Counted from the stretch's first letter, positions 9,844-20,105 are shown. The stretch is 57,733 bases of DNA from Candidatus Omnitrophota bacterium (GCA_043805735.1 JAZDHS010000032.1:1-57733); one strand, 5' to 3'. Notes: generated by a model from the letters alone, not told the origin. Program-made: numbers and translations.

Positions 9844-11463
9844 CTAGGCCTCTTCCGTCACGCGCATTACCTCTTCTTTATTAGTAATGCCAAGTTTTAC
9901 CTTCTCCATACCGTCTTCGCGCAATACCTGCATTCCCGACTTCACCGCGGCCTTGCGCAGCGCATCGGCAGAGGACTTTTCGGTGGTTAGTTTTCTGATT
10001 TCTTCGTTCATCAGCATCAATTCAAAAATTCCTTTGCGGCCTTTAAAACCGGAATTCATGCAGGTTTTACAACCCTGGCCCTTGCATTCTGAGCAGAGCG
10101 TGCGCACCAGGCGCTGGGCCAATACGCCAATCACTGAAGAAGCGACTAAAAATGGCTCCACGCCCATATCCACCAGGCGGGTAACCGCTCCCGGTGCGTC
10201 GTTGGTGTGCAGCGTAGACAATACGAGATGCCCGGTCAGCGCGGCCTGCACAGCAATCTCCGCGGTTTCTAAATCGCGGATTTCCCCGACCATAATAATG
10301 TCGGGATCCTGACGCAGGATCGAGCGCAGCCCCGTGGAAAACTCCAGGCCCACTTTAGGGTTTACCTGCATCTGGCGGATGCCGGGAAGATGGTATTCAA
10401 TCGGGTCTTCGATAGTAATGATGTTTTTCTCTTCGGAATTAAGAATATTTAAAGAGGCGTAAAGCGTCGTGGTCTTGCCCGAACCGGTCGGTCCGGACAC
10501 TAAGATAATACCGTGTGGCCGGCGGATCAGCTGCTCATACTTCGCCAGCATCTCCTGGGCAAAACCCAGCTGCTCGAGCTTTAGAACTATGTTCGTTCGA
10601 TCCAAGAGGCGCATGACCACATTTTCGCCGTAAATAGTCGGCACGCAGGAGACACGAATATCAATCTCCCGGCCCTCCATTTTCATCTGGAACCGTCCGT
10701 CTTGAGGAATCCGGCGCTCGGCAATATCTAAGTTGGCCAGGATTTTAATCCGCGAGACAATCGCCGACTGTAAAAATTGCGGCGGCGAGGTGCGCTCGTG
10801 CAACATGCCGTCAATACGGAATCGGGTGCGCAGGGTTTCTTCTTCCGGTTCAATATGAATATCGCTGGCCCCCTGGCGCACCGCCTCAATAATCATCAGG
10901 TTAACCATCTTAATTACCGGTGGTTCCTCGCTTATTCCTTGCAGTTTTTTTAGCTCCGGCTCCACCCCCGTCTTAATCCCCAGCTCTTCGCGGTCTAAAT
11001 TGGCGATTACTTCCTCCATCGTGCCTTTGGCGCGATAGTACGCGTTGAGCGCCTTTTGGATTTCTGTTTCCGTGGATATGGCCGGTTCAATTTCCAGGCC
11101 GGTTTTCATCCGCAGCTCATCCAAGGCAAAAATGTTTAACGGGTCAACCATAGCTACGGTAAGCGAACGGCCAATCTTGAGCACCGGGATTAATAAGTGC
11201 TTTCGCGCCAACTCCTCCGAAATCAAATCGATGATTTTGGGGTCAATCAGGTAATTGGTCAGTTCGATATGCGGGATATTCAACTGCTGGCTTAAGAAGA
11301 TCGCCAAATCCGCCTCGCTAATCACGCCTTTTCTGACCAATACCTGCCGTAAAGGTACGGCGTTTGATTTTGCCTCTAACTCCGCCTGGAGCAGTTGCTC
11401 CTCGGTGATGATGCCTTTTTCCAGGAGGCTCTCACCCAGCGATCTTTTCTCCCTCTTCGCCAT
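9844..11463 (-). CDS. pilB: Type IV pilus assembly ATPase PilB (GspE family)
   Basis: Walker A GPTGSGKTT, a CSEC..CKTC tetracysteine and an N-terminal T2SSE_N/MshEN-like region. ATG 11463 is preferred over the TTG at 11469 used by the track. Confidence 0.9.
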   Translation of the reverse strand: MAKREKRSLGESLLEKGIITEEQLLQAELEAKSNAVPLRQVLVRKGVISEADLAIFLSQQLNIPHIELTNYLIDPKIIDLISEELARKHLLIPVLKIGRSLTVAMVDPLNIFALDELRMKTGLEIEPAISTETEIQKALNAYYRAKGTMEEVIANLDREELGIKTGVEPELKKLQGISEEPPVIKMVNLMIIEAVRQGASDIHIEPEEETLRTRFRIDGMLHERTSPPQFLQSAIVSRIKILANLDIAERRIPQDGRFQMKMEGREIDIRVSCVPTIYGENVVMRLLDRTNIVLKLEQLGFAQEMLAKYEQLIRRPHGIILVSGPTGSGKTTTLYASLNILNSEEKNIITIEDPIEYHLPGIRQMQVNPKVGLEFSTGLRSILRQDPDIIMVGEIRDLETAEIAVQAALTGHLVLSTLHTNDAPGAVTRLVDMGVEPFLVASSVIGVLAQRLVRTLCSECKGQGCKTCMNSGFKGRKGIFELMLMNEEIRKLTTEKSSADALRKAAVKSGMQVLREDGMEKVKLGITNKEEVMRVTEEA

Positions 11464-11469
11464 TCTCAA

Positions 11470-11850
11470 TTACTCCTTTAAAAGTTGTTGAATCTTGGCT
11501 AATAAGACCTTGGCATCAAATGGCTTAGCCACAAAATCATCGGCCTTGACGTATTCGCTCATTTCGTCGAGGTGTTTTTTCCATTCATCTTTAGCGGTAA
11601 AAATAATCACCGGGATCTTGACCGTGTCGGGCGAGTGTTTGAGTTCATAACAAATATCGTAGCCGTCTTTATCGGGAATGGAAATATCGAGCATGATCAA
11701 ATCCGGCTTGGCGGTGATGGCGATATCCACGGCATCCATACCGTAGTTGAGATACATCACCTCATATCCGTGGTGCTCCAGGCGCTGTTTTAACAAATCT
11801 AAGAGGTTTTGTTCATCATCAATAATCAGGATTTTTTTCTTTTTATCCAC
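11470..11850 (-). CDS. Stand-alone receiver (CheY-like) response regulator
   Basis: 126 aa. IIDDE, acceptor Asp in LIMLDISIP and Lys in VAKPF. No output domain. GTG start. Confidence 0.88.
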   Translation of the reverse strand: MDKKKKILIIDDEQNLLDLLKQRLEHHGYEVMYLNYGMDAVDIAITAKPDLIMLDISIPDKDGYDICYELKHSPDTVKIPVIIFTAKDEWKKHLDEMSEYVKADDFVAKPFDAKVLLAKIQQLLKE

Positions 11851-11857
11851 GGCTCAC

Positions 11858-12226
11858 TCACTCCTTCAGTAATTCTTTGATTTTGTCTAAAAGCTCTTCC
11901 GGCTTAAAGGGTTTAGTAATATAGGCGTTGGCCCCGACCTCTTCGGCAAGCGTCTGGTCTTCTTCCTGCGCCCGCGCCGAAAAAATTATCACCGGCACCG
12001 CGCTATATTTGGCGTCCTTTTTCAACAGGCCGCAAACTTTATAGCCGTCCATCTGCGGCAGCATCAGGTCTAAAATAATCAAATCCGGTTTTTCTTTGCG
12101 CGCGGTCTCCAGGGCCATTTTCCCGTCAAAGGCGCAAATGACTTCATAGCCTGAGGCCCTTAAGCGCGATTCTACTAATTTTACTATATGCGGTTCATCA
12201 TCTACTACTAATATTTTCTTGGGCAT
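11858..12226 (-). CDS. Stand-alone receiver response regulator (paralog of 17424..17792)
   Basis: 122 aa with VVDDE, LIILDLMLPQMDG and ITKPF. Close paralog of 17424..17792 by eye (roughly 60 percent identical). Confidence 0.9.
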   Translation of the reverse strand: MPKKILVVDDEPHIVKLVESRLRASGYEVICAFDGKMALETARKEKPDLIILDLMLPQMDGYKVCGLLKKDAKYSAVPVIIFSARAQEEDQTLAEEVGANAYITKPFKPEELLDKIKELLKE

Positions 12227-12588
12227 CAGCCAATATACCTTCTAATTAAACGCAGTAATTCTTCCGGATCAAAGGGTTTAATGATGTAATCGATCGCCCT
12301 TGAGTCTTTAGCCTGAAAAATGTTACCGGTCTGGCCTTCGCAGGTAAGCATAATAACCGGGATGGCGCTGGTCTCTTGCCCTATTTTTAGCTTCTGCAAG
12401 ACTTCAAAACCGTTCATCCCCGGCATCAGCACATCCAGGATAATTAAATCCGGTTTTTCACCCTGCGCCTTTTCTAACCCTTCCTGCCCGTTTGCCGCGG
12501 TCACTACTTCGTAAGCATTGGCGCGTAAGCGCGAAGCGATAACCTTGACAATATTCAGCTCATCATCAATAACCAATATCTTAAGCAT
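12226..12588 (-). CDS. Stand-alone receiver response regulator
   Basis: 120 aa with VIDDE, LIILDVLMPGMNG and IIKPF. Confidence 0.9.
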   Translation of the reverse strand: MLKILVIDDELNIVKVIASRLRANAYEVVTAANGQEGLEKAQGEKPDLIILDVLMPGMNGFEVLQKLKIGQETSAIPVIMLTCEGQTGNIFQAKDSRAIDYIIKPFDPEELLRLIRRYIG

Positions 12589-12648
12589 ACTCTTTCTATA
12601 CTATATACTGATTTTGGATATTTTGCAATTTTTTCCCATCAGTGATTG

Positions 12649-13812
12649 TTATTGGTTATTTTTAGGCAAAACAAAAGTAAAAGTAGTCCCTTTATTCAGT
12701 TCGCTTTCGGCCCAGATCTTACCCTGGTGCAATTCGACAATGCCCTTGGCAATGGAAAGGCCAAGGCCAGTGCCTTTTTCTCCAGGCCCACTGGTCCGGC
12801 CAAACTGTTCAAATTTATTGAACAGTTTCGTCAAATCTTTGGCGGCGATGCCGATTCCCGTATCGCTGACCTTGCACTCTACCGCCTGGTCTTTTTCAAC
12901 TATTAAAATTTCAATGTGGCCCTTGGCGGTAAACTTCAGGGCATTATTAATCAAATTGGTCAGGACCTGAGTAATCTTGTCTTTATCGGCGGATACTTCT
13001 ATTCCCTCGGCCGCAAAAACAGTTTTAATTTCTAAGCCTTTTTTCTGGGACTGCGGGATAAAAGCGGCAGCGACGGTTTTGGCTAAAGCGGTAATATCCC
13101 AGCGCGTCTTTCTGATTTCCACTTTACCGGCCTCGATTTTGGAAATATCGAGGAGATTATCGATAATCCTCTTTAAGCGGTCGATATCTTCCAGGCACAT
13201 GGTCAAAAATTCCTGTTGTTCTTTCGTGGTCGCGCCGATGATGCCATCGAGCATCTGCGAGACTACCTCGCGGATGGTGGTCAAAGGGGTGCGCAATTCA
13301 TGAGAGACGGTAGAGATAAAATCGCTCTTCACCTGATTCAGTTTTTTCAGCTCATCATTGGCCTGTTGCAGCTGTTCGACAAATATTTTTTTCTCTGCCT
13401 CCAGGCGCTGGCGTTCCTTTTTGTTTTCGAAGTGTTCCACAGTGCGTCTAAGCGCAAGCGCCAGGCTTCCCTTAGGCACTTCGTCTTTTACCACATAGTC
13501 ATAGGCGCCGATTTTCATTACCTCCACGGCAATGTGTTCGTCGCCTTCTCCGGTAGCCATAATCACCGGGATTTCGGCGTTCTGGGCCTTTAGCCGTTTC
13601 ATAAATTCCAGGCCGGTCATCCCCGGCATTTTGTAGTCAACGATAATGACATCAAAGGTGTCTTTGGCCACTTTATCCAGGCCCTCCGGGCCAGACTGAG
13701 CCGTGACCACCTCGATGTCAAAATCCTCTATGCCGCGGAGGGCTTCTTTCTCAATCTCCCGGTCAATCGGGCTATCGTCTATAAGACAAACTTTCAATTT
13801 CTTTTTGGGCAT
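12649..13812 (-). CDS. Hybrid protein: N-terminal receiver + HisKA/HATPase histidine kinase
   Basis: REC domain (CLIDDSPID, VIIVDYKMPGMTG), a coiled coil, H-box SHELRTPL and G-boxes DTGIGI / GTGLGLSI. Confidence 0.9.
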   Translation of the reverse strand: MPKKKLKVCLIDDSPIDREIEKEALRGIEDFDIEVVTAQSGPEGLDKVAKDTFDVIIVDYKMPGMTGLEFMKRLKAQNAEIPVIMATGEGDEHIAVEVMKIGAYDYVVKDEVPKGSLALALRRTVEHFENKKERQRLEAEKKIFVEQLQQANDELKKLNQVKSDFISTVSHELRTPLTTIREVVSQMLDGIIGATTKEQQEFLTMCLEDIDRLKRIIDNLLDISKIEAGKVEIRKTRWDITALAKTVAAAFIPQSQKKGLEIKTVFAAEGIEVSADKDKITQVLTNLINNALKFTAKGHIEILIVEKDQAVECKVSDTGIGIAAKDLTKLFNKFEQFGRTSGPGEKGTGLGLSIAKGIVELHQGKIWAESELNKGTTFTFVLPKNNQ

Positions 13813-16608
13813 TTATGCTGCACCTTTTTGAGCATTCTTTAAAATCGTAAAATAAAACGTACTGCCTTTACCCACTTCGGACTCTACCCAAATCCGCCCG
13901 CCGTACTGCTCGACAATTTTTTTGCAGATGGTCAGGCCCGCGCCTGTGCCCTTACTCTCGTCGGTGTCCAGGCGCTGAAAAAGCGCGAACACCGTCTCGT
14001 AATGTTCCTCAGGGATTCCCCGGCCGTTATCTTTAACAGAGAAGCGGTATTCACTATCGCCGGAAAGCTCAGCGCCGATTTCAATCAAGGGCTTAGGCTG
14101 ATCATTATACTTAATCGCGTTAGTGATTAAATTGGTAAAGAGCTGTGAGAGCCTGATCTTTTCGTAGTAAATTACGGGAAGCTTCGCGATTTTTATTTCG
14201 GCGCTGCTCTCCTGAATACGCAGGGCTAAATCTTGCTTAATTTCCTCCAAAAGCGTATTTAAATCAATTTCTTCGGCCGGTTTTTTCCAGCGGGCGATGC
14301 GCGAGAGCTCTAAAAGGTCCTTAATCAAGTTCTGCATCTTATGTACCGAGCCCTGGATGACCTCCAGATAGTGCCGCGCTTGCTCATCAAGAGAATCCTT
14401 ATATTTGTCAAAGAGAAACTGGCTAAATGAGCTAATTCCGCGCAACGGTTCTTTTAAATCATGCGAAACTACATAAGTAAAATCATCCAGCTCCTTGTTA
14501 GACCGCTCCACCGCAATAATCTTTTCCTGCAACTCATCGCGGGCCTTACGCAAATCATTGCTGGTCTTATTTAAATCCTCGACCATTAGCAACATCGCCT
14601 GATCGCTTTTTTTGAGCTTTTCGACCCGCTCTTCCAATTCTTTGGCCGTCCAGGAGAGCTCATTGACCAGGCGCTTATAATCACGGATATCCCGGGCCGC
14701 TAAAATAGCGCTGGCAACCTTACCCTCGGCGTCTTTAAAGGGCGCGCCGTTAAAGCTCACCGGAATAGAATTGCCGTTTTTATCCTTAAATGCAATCTCG
14801 ACGTTGGAGACGGTCTCGCCCTGGACAATAATTTTGGTGACCAGCTTTAGCTGTTCCTCTCCTAACATAAAGAAATCGCTTAAAGGGCGCTTGACGATCT
14901 CGCTCTTATCATAGCCTAAAAGCCTTACCGTAGCGTTATTAACCGTCCTAATCCGGGCATTGCGGTCAATAACCAAGAGGGCATCGTTCATATGCTCAAT
15001 AATACTATCCACATACTCTTTGGAGAAGGTAGTCTGGCGCAGCGTGTTGGTCATCTGCTTAAAGGCCAAGGCCAACTGCCCAATTTCATTCTTCTGTTCC
15101 AGCACCTTAACGTCGTCCATTTTCACATCCAGCCGCCCACGGGCAACGCTATTCATCTTATCGACTAATTGCCTGAAGGTATCCGTAAGACGAGCGGTAA
15201 ACGCAAAGGCCGCCATTGACCCTAAGAAAATCGAGACAATACAGACCAAAAGAATTTGGTTGCGGATGCCGTTAATATCTTTTAAGAACTCATCCAGGTT
15301 GGCCGTGGCGGCAATAATCCAATCCCAAGGCGCGAAATAGGCAAAGGCAAGAATGCCGGCTTGAGGCAGCTTTTGCCCTTCCTTTAAACGTAACGTAATA
15401 ATACCGCTTTCACCGTCGCGTAATAGCGGCGCCTGGTCAACAATCTCTTTAATAAAGAGTTTGCCGTCGGCATCCTGAGCCAGAAGCAGATCAAGGTTAT
15501 CGTTTTTCCGGTCTTGAGAAAGTATCGCCCGGCCCTTGTTCTCGCCTTGCGCGCCGATCAGCGAGAGGTATCCCGATTGGCCGATTTTCTGCGCGGAGAT
15601 TAATTTTTTCAGTTCTTCTTTCTTAATCTCCTCGAAGTTGGCTTCCAGTAAATCCTCAGGGTAAAACGCGACCGCCACTATCCATTGTTTCTCACCCACA
15701 TTAAAAAAGGCCACCATTTTTTCGCTGGCTTTATTTTCGCCGACATCCTGCCAGCTGCCCGTAAGATAACCCACCTCGGTCTCGGCCAGGGCCTTAGCCT
15801 TAGTGATAATATCGCGAAAAACAAACCCGCCTACGCCGTCTTCGCTGTACCAGACATTGTCTCCGTCACGCTGGCGCTGCTTAGAAAGAACATATCCGCC
15901 GTTATAATCGAGAATAAAAATATAACCGTTTTGCCCAACCACGGTGGCCGACAAAAGCTCGATTAATTGCGTATCCATTTGCTGGCTGGAGACCCGCAAG
16001 GCAAAGCCGTCAAATTCTTTCTCCAGGGCATCGCCGGCCAGGCGCACCGCAGTGTCCGGTATTTCCCCGGTCACGCGCTCGCGCATCTTGACCAAATACA
16101 TCTTTTGATTATAGTCGGTGAGCGCCGCTTCCACGCCTTGGGTATCCGCCCCTTGCGCCTTGGCCTGGCTGATCAGCTTTTCCACTTCGCTGATCGCTAA
16201 ATCAAACTCTTTGACATAGGCGTTAAACTCATCCAAGGCGAAGCTATAGAGCAGCATATTTTTTTCATACCGGCGCGCGCGCAGGAGCGGCTCTTTTAAA
16301 GCGTCGAGAGTAACTGCCGGTTTTAAGTTTTTACGGATTAGCTCTGCTATGTTTAAAGCCGACGCGGTGGCGATATTTTTGGTCTTATCGATGGCGCTAT
16401 TTTTATTTTCGGCGACTAAATCATAATAGGCCTGGGTGGTAATTAACCAATCCCGGCATTGGGTTTTCAAAGTTTGCTCGGTATTTTTAATAATCGTCTC
16501 ACGCGCGCTTTTGTAACTTAACGCGCCCAGCGCGATTACCGGCACGGTCACCAGGACCACGCTGATGGCCATTAACTGCCTTTTTATACTGATATCGCCG
16601 ATTCTCAT
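13813..16608 (-). CDS. Sensor histidine kinase with ~420-aa periplasmic sensor, HAMP, PAS, HisKA, HATPase
   Basis: Two TM helices flank a large extracytoplasmic region (helical plus Cache-like). HAMP signature EIGQLALAFKQMTNTL, then PAS, H-box SHDLKEPLR and G-box GTGAGLTI. Confidence 0.88.
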   Translation of the reverse strand: MRIGDISIKRQLMAISVVLVTVPVIALGALSYKSARETIIKNTEQTLKTQCRDWLITTQAYYDLVAENKNSAIDKTKNIATASALNIAELIRKNLKPAVTLDALKEPLLRARRYEKNMLLYSFALDEFNAYVKEFDLAISEVEKLISQAKAQGADTQGVEAALTDYNQKMYLVKMRERVTGEIPDTAVRLAGDALEKEFDGFALRVSSQQMDTQLIELLSATVVGQNGYIFILDYNGGYVLSKQRQRDGDNVWYSEDGVGGFVFRDIITKAKALAETEVGYLTGSWQDVGENKASEKMVAFFNVGEKQWIVAVAFYPEDLLEANFEEIKKEELKKLISAQKIGQSGYLSLIGAQGENKGRAILSQDRKNDNLDLLLAQDADGKLFIKEIVDQAPLLRDGESGIITLRLKEGQKLPQAGILAFAYFAPWDWIIAATANLDEFLKDINGIRNQILLVCIVSIFLGSMAAFAFTARLTDTFRQLVDKMNSVARGRLDVKMDDVKVLEQKNEIGQLALAFKQMTNTLRQTTFSKEYVDSIIEHMNDALLVIDRNARIRTVNNATVRLLGYDKSEIVKRPLSDFFMLGEEQLKLVTKIIVQGETVSNVEIAFKDKNGNSIPVSFNGAPFKDAEGKVASAILAARDIRDYKRLVNELSWTAKELEERVEKLKKSDQAMLLMVEDLNKTSNDLRKARDELQEKIIAVERSNKELDDFTYVVSHDLKEPLRGISSFSQFLFDKYKDSLDEQARHYLEVIQGSVHKMQNLIKDLLELSRIARWKKPAEEIDLNTLLEEIKQDLALRIQESSAEIKIAKLPVIYYEKIRLSQLFTNLITNAIKYNDQPKPLIEIGAELSGDSEYRFSVKDNGRGIPEEHYETVFALFQRLDTDESKGTGAGLTICKKIVEQYGGRIWVESEVGKGSTFYFTILKNAQKGAA

Positions 16609-17417
16609 TTTGCTCCTAAACGCTGTTGTAGACTTGCAATTTCATCCTGCAATTCCTTCATCCGAAACTCCCGATCGATGGTCGCTTGGCGAAAACGCTC
16701 CAGCTCACTTAGTTTTTCCTGCAGTTGGGCGGTGCGTTCTCGTACTTTTTTTTCTAATTCCTCATTCAGCTTTTTAACGGTTTCGCCGGCCAGACGGGTA
16801 TCACTATTGTCAATCATTGAAAAAATTAGCCCTTTTTCCAGGTTCTCCTTATCGACCGCCCGCAAAATTACCAGCACCGGCAGGCGATGGCCGTCCTGAT
16901 GGCAATATTCGTACTCAAAGCTTAAGCGCTCTTTATGCCCAATTGCGCTATAAATAAGCTCTTGGGTCACCCGGCGATACTCTTCTTCGCTGGGATAGAT
17001 AAAAGATAAGGTCGGTTCACTCAGCCACTTTTCCATCGGCCAGCCTAAGATGTCTTCCGCGGCGCGGTTGACCCAAATCACCTTATCGTTTTGGGTAAAA
17101 AAGATCGCGGCGGGAGAATCATTTAAAATGACCGATAAAAGTGCGCGCGAGTTTTCCATTTTTTCCAATTTCTGCCGCAAGCGGAGATATTCGTTATCGG
17201 CCAGAGAGAGTAAATAAAATAAAAATAATCCTCCTAAAGCCACTCCGGCTAACTGCAGGGTAAGCGCACTCCAACTAAGCGAGCCGGCAGGAATTTTCAG
17301 CAATAGATGCGGCAGGTCCAATAATTTATTCAAAAGCGCAAGGCCTGAGAAAAAGGCGATGGCGATCCCGCAAATATAAAGCGGCCGAAGCCCCTGTTGA
17401 GGATTATTTGTTTCCAC
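16605..17417 (-). CDS. Membrane protein with PAS domain and C-terminal coiled coil (no kinase core)
   Basis: Three hydrophobic helices, a PAS-like region (AAIFFTQNDKVIWVNRAAEDILGW) and a heptad-rich tail. ATGA overlap with the downstream kinase. Confidence 0.7.
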   Translation of the reverse strand: METNNPQQGLRPLYICGIAIAFFSGLALLNKLLDLPHLLLKIPAGSLSWSALTLQLAGVALGGLFLFYLLSLADNEYLRLRQKLEKMENSRALLSVILNDSPAAIFFTQNDKVIWVNRAAEDILGWPMEKWLSEPTLSFIYPSEEEYRRVTQELIYSAIGHKERLSFEYEYCHQDGHRLPVLVILRAVDKENLEKGLIFSMIDNSDTRLAGETVKKLNEELEKKVRERTAQLQEKLSELERFRQATIDREFRMKELQDEIASLQQRLGAK

Positions 17418-17423
17418 GCTTAT

Positions 17424-17792
17424 TTATTCTCCTAAAAACCGTTTTAATGTTTCTAAAAGTAAACTGGGCTCAAAGGGCTTGGCCAGATAGGCATCGGCGC
17501 CGACTTCCTGGCCTAGTTTACGGTCTTCATCCTGGGCCTTAGCCGTAAAAAGAATGATCGGGATCTTTTTATAACGTGCATCTTTTTTTAGCAGGGCGCA
17601 AACCTTATAGCCATCCATTTTCGGCAGCATCAGGTCCAAAATAATCAAATCCGGGTTTTCGCTGCGGGCCTTATCAAATCCTTCCTGGCCGTCGCCGGCT
17701 GCAATCACCTTATATCCTGAGGCCTCCAGGCGAATGGAGAGCATCTCCACTAATTGCGGCTCATCGTCAACAATTAAAATCTTCTTGCTCAT
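17424..17792 (-). CDS. Stand-alone receiver response regulator
   Basis: 122 aa with IVDDE, LIILDLMLPKMDG and LAKPF. Confidence 0.9.
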   Translation of the reverse strand: MSKKILIVDDEPQLVEMLSIRLEASGYKVIAAGDGQEGFDKARSENPDLIILDLMLPKMDGYKVCALLKKDARYKKIPIILFTAKAQDEDRKLGQEVGADAYLAKPFEPSLLLETLKRFLGE

Positions 17793-20095
17793 TGTTTCTC
17801 CTTAATTGCCTGATTTAACAGTTCGTCTTCGTGTTTGGTATCGTCGGGATAGGTCAGATGCTCAAAGTTAAGGGCGACCTTTTCTCTTAAACCCTGAAGA
17901 GCCAGGTAGTCATCGAGCGTTTTTTTCAGCCTCGCCCCCACGCGCTCGGCGTTCTCCTGGTCGCATTCGGAAAGCAAGACTACCACCCGCTCGTTCACCT
18001 TCAAGGCCATATCCTCTTCTTTACGCAACGTACTTTTTAATACCTCTTCCATGATTTTTAAGATCGATTCTATCTCGGCATCGGAAAAGTGTTGCCTTAA
18101 TGCCGGTTTATTCGCTAAAGAGACCGTAATTAAAGAAACCTTGGAGTCTTTCTCGATCGCCGCCTGCACCACCAGGTGAATCGCCTCCTTTAAAAAGGCC
18201 TTGGGTGTATACTTAGGCAGATTAAACGTCAGTTTCGCCCCCGGGCCAAAATCATCCTTTTTGCGCTCAAATGGGCTTTCCGCCCACATATCGCCGTTGT
18301 GCATTTTCACAATCTGTTTGGCGATTGAAAGCCCCAGGCCGGTTCCTTTTTCTCCGGCCCCGGCAATGCGGCCAAACTGCAGAAATTTATTAAACAGGCG
18401 CGAAAGATTATCCGGAGAAATACCGATTCCGGTATCGCTGACCGAACATTCTAATTCATTCTCTTTTTCGCTGACCGCAATTTTAATATAGCCTTTTTCG
18501 GTAAATTTAATCGAGTTATAGGCGAGGTTAGTAAGCACTTGAATTATCCGGTCGGAGTCAGCGTAAATATCGATTTTTTCTTTGGGCAGAGCGACCTTTA
18601 GTTCAAGCCCTTTCTCCTGGATTTTCGGCTGGAAAGCCGTGGCTACCTGTTGGACCAGGCCCTTAATATTCACCAGCTCTTTTTTGAGCTTCATTTTGCC
18701 CGATTCGATTCTAGAAATATCCAGCAGGTCATTGATAATCCGTGCCAGCCGATCAATATTATTGCGGGCGGTGGTCAGGATTTTGATTTGTTTTTCGTTA
18801 ATTTCTCCGGGTATGCCGTCAAGAATCAGGCTGATGCCTTCCTTGGTAATCGAAAGCGGTGTGCGCAACTCATGGGAAACTGTGGAGACAAATTCGGATT
18901 TAAGCCGATCAAGCTCTTCTAACCTTCTGTTTTTTTCGGCCAATTCCTTATAGAGCAATTTGATCGCCTGGTTAGTCTTATCCAGGCCCCAGGTTTGGAT
19001 TTCTAAATCTGCCTTTGTTGCTTTCAAGATTACTTCGGCCTTCTTCTGTTCGCTGATGTCCTTAGCGATATGCACGCTGCCGATGAGCTCACCGGCTGAG
19101 TCAAAAATCGGCGAAACGCTCACTAAAAGCGGCATACCGATTTTCGGATCGTCGACTTCCGCGGTGTGGGGCTGGTTATCGGCCTTGGCTTGGGTTAAGG
19201 GGCAACCCGGCCAGGGGTGGTTGGTCCGATGCAGCAGTTCGTAGCATTTTTTCCCGACAATCTGCGCCGGCGGCATTTTCAAGATATCGGCAAAGCTCTT
19301 ATTAACCCGGGTAATGGTATAATTCTGATCTTGGATAAACACCAAATCCGAAATCGCGTTAAAGGTCCGGTCCCATTCTTCCACTGCCCGCTTGATCGCG
19401 TTTTCGGCCTTTTTACGCTCGGTAATATCCTCAACAATCATCAGCACTTTAGGCGTTTTGTATTCTAGTAACGGTATGCCGACAAAATTTCGGATGCTGC
19501 GTTTGTTGCTGAGCTGGTGAACGAATTCGACTTCCTGCATCCGAAAGTGTTTACCCCTGAGGGCCTCTTTAATTTTTTTGGCCAGCCCAATTGTTTGATA
19601 GGAAGCCATCGCAAAGACATTTAAATTCTTAAACCAGCGCGGCGAATCCCCGGAGATTGCGGCCATTGCCGGGTTGGCATACTCGATATTACCTTTGTTG
19701 TTGACGATATAAATCCCAAAGGGCGCTTTTTCGGTAATATCGCGCGTGATCCGGTAAGCCCCTTTGAGCTGCTCAAAAATCAGCCACATCAATTTTGCCG
19801 AAGGGCCGCTCACCAGGTTAGCCTGGGCCGGCTTTTCTTTAAGCAGCTTCTGGTAATTTTTACGGTTTCCGGTGACATCGATAATTTGGTTGAGCGTTCT
19901 ATCTTTGCTGATTTTCTTCCAGTTTGTCGCCGTAGGAAGGCCTAACTTTTTCGCTAAAACAATTCCCGGCGCTTTAAGATTTTTGTCCACTACCGCCTTG
20001 ATGTATACTTGAGGCAGGCCGTTTAAAAGCTCAATCAGCGAGAGCCCGCCCTTGCCGCCGCCGATAATCGCGATATTGGTTTTTTGTTTTGCCAT
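17789..20095 (-). CDS. Cytoplasmic multi-domain histidine kinase (Rossmann-like N-term, 2x PAS, HisKA, HATPase, degenerate GGDEF-like C-term)
   Basis: N-terminal NIAIIGGGKGG motif, PAS regions, H-box SHELRTPL, G-box GTGLGLSI, and a ~150-aa tail after the ATPase domain. Confidence 0.85.
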   Translation of the reverse strand: MAKQKTNIAIIGGGKGGLSLIELLNGLPQVYIKAVVDKNLKAPGIVLAKKLGLPTATNWKKISKDRTLNQIIDVTGNRKNYQKLLKEKPAQANLVSGPSAKLMWLIFEQLKGAYRITRDITEKAPFGIYIVNNKGNIEYANPAMAAISGDSPRWFKNLNVFAMASYQTIGLAKKIKEALRGKHFRMQEVEFVHQLSNKRSIRNFVGIPLLEYKTPKVLMIVEDITERKKAENAIKRAVEEWDRTFNAISDLVFIQDQNYTITRVNKSFADILKMPPAQIVGKKCYELLHRTNHPWPGCPLTQAKADNQPHTAEVDDPKIGMPLLVSVSPIFDSAGELIGSVHIAKDISEQKKAEVILKATKADLEIQTWGLDKTNQAIKLLYKELAEKNRRLEELDRLKSEFVSTVSHELRTPLSITKEGISLILDGIPGEINEKQIKILTTARNNIDRLARIINDLLDISRIESGKMKLKKELVNIKGLVQQVATAFQPKIQEKGLELKVALPKEKIDIYADSDRIIQVLTNLAYNSIKFTEKGYIKIAVSEKENELECSVSDTGIGISPDNLSRLFNKFLQFGRIAGAGEKGTGLGLSIAKQIVKMHNGDMWAESPFERKKDDFGPGAKLTFNLPKYTPKAFLKEAIHLVVQAAIEKDSKVSLITVSLANKPALRQHFSDAEIESILKIMEEVLKSTLRKEEDMALKVNERVVVLLSECDQENAERVGARLKKTLDDYLALQGLREKVALNFEHLTYPDDTKHEDELLNQAIKEKQ

Positions 20096-20105
20096 TGCTA
20101 GTTGC

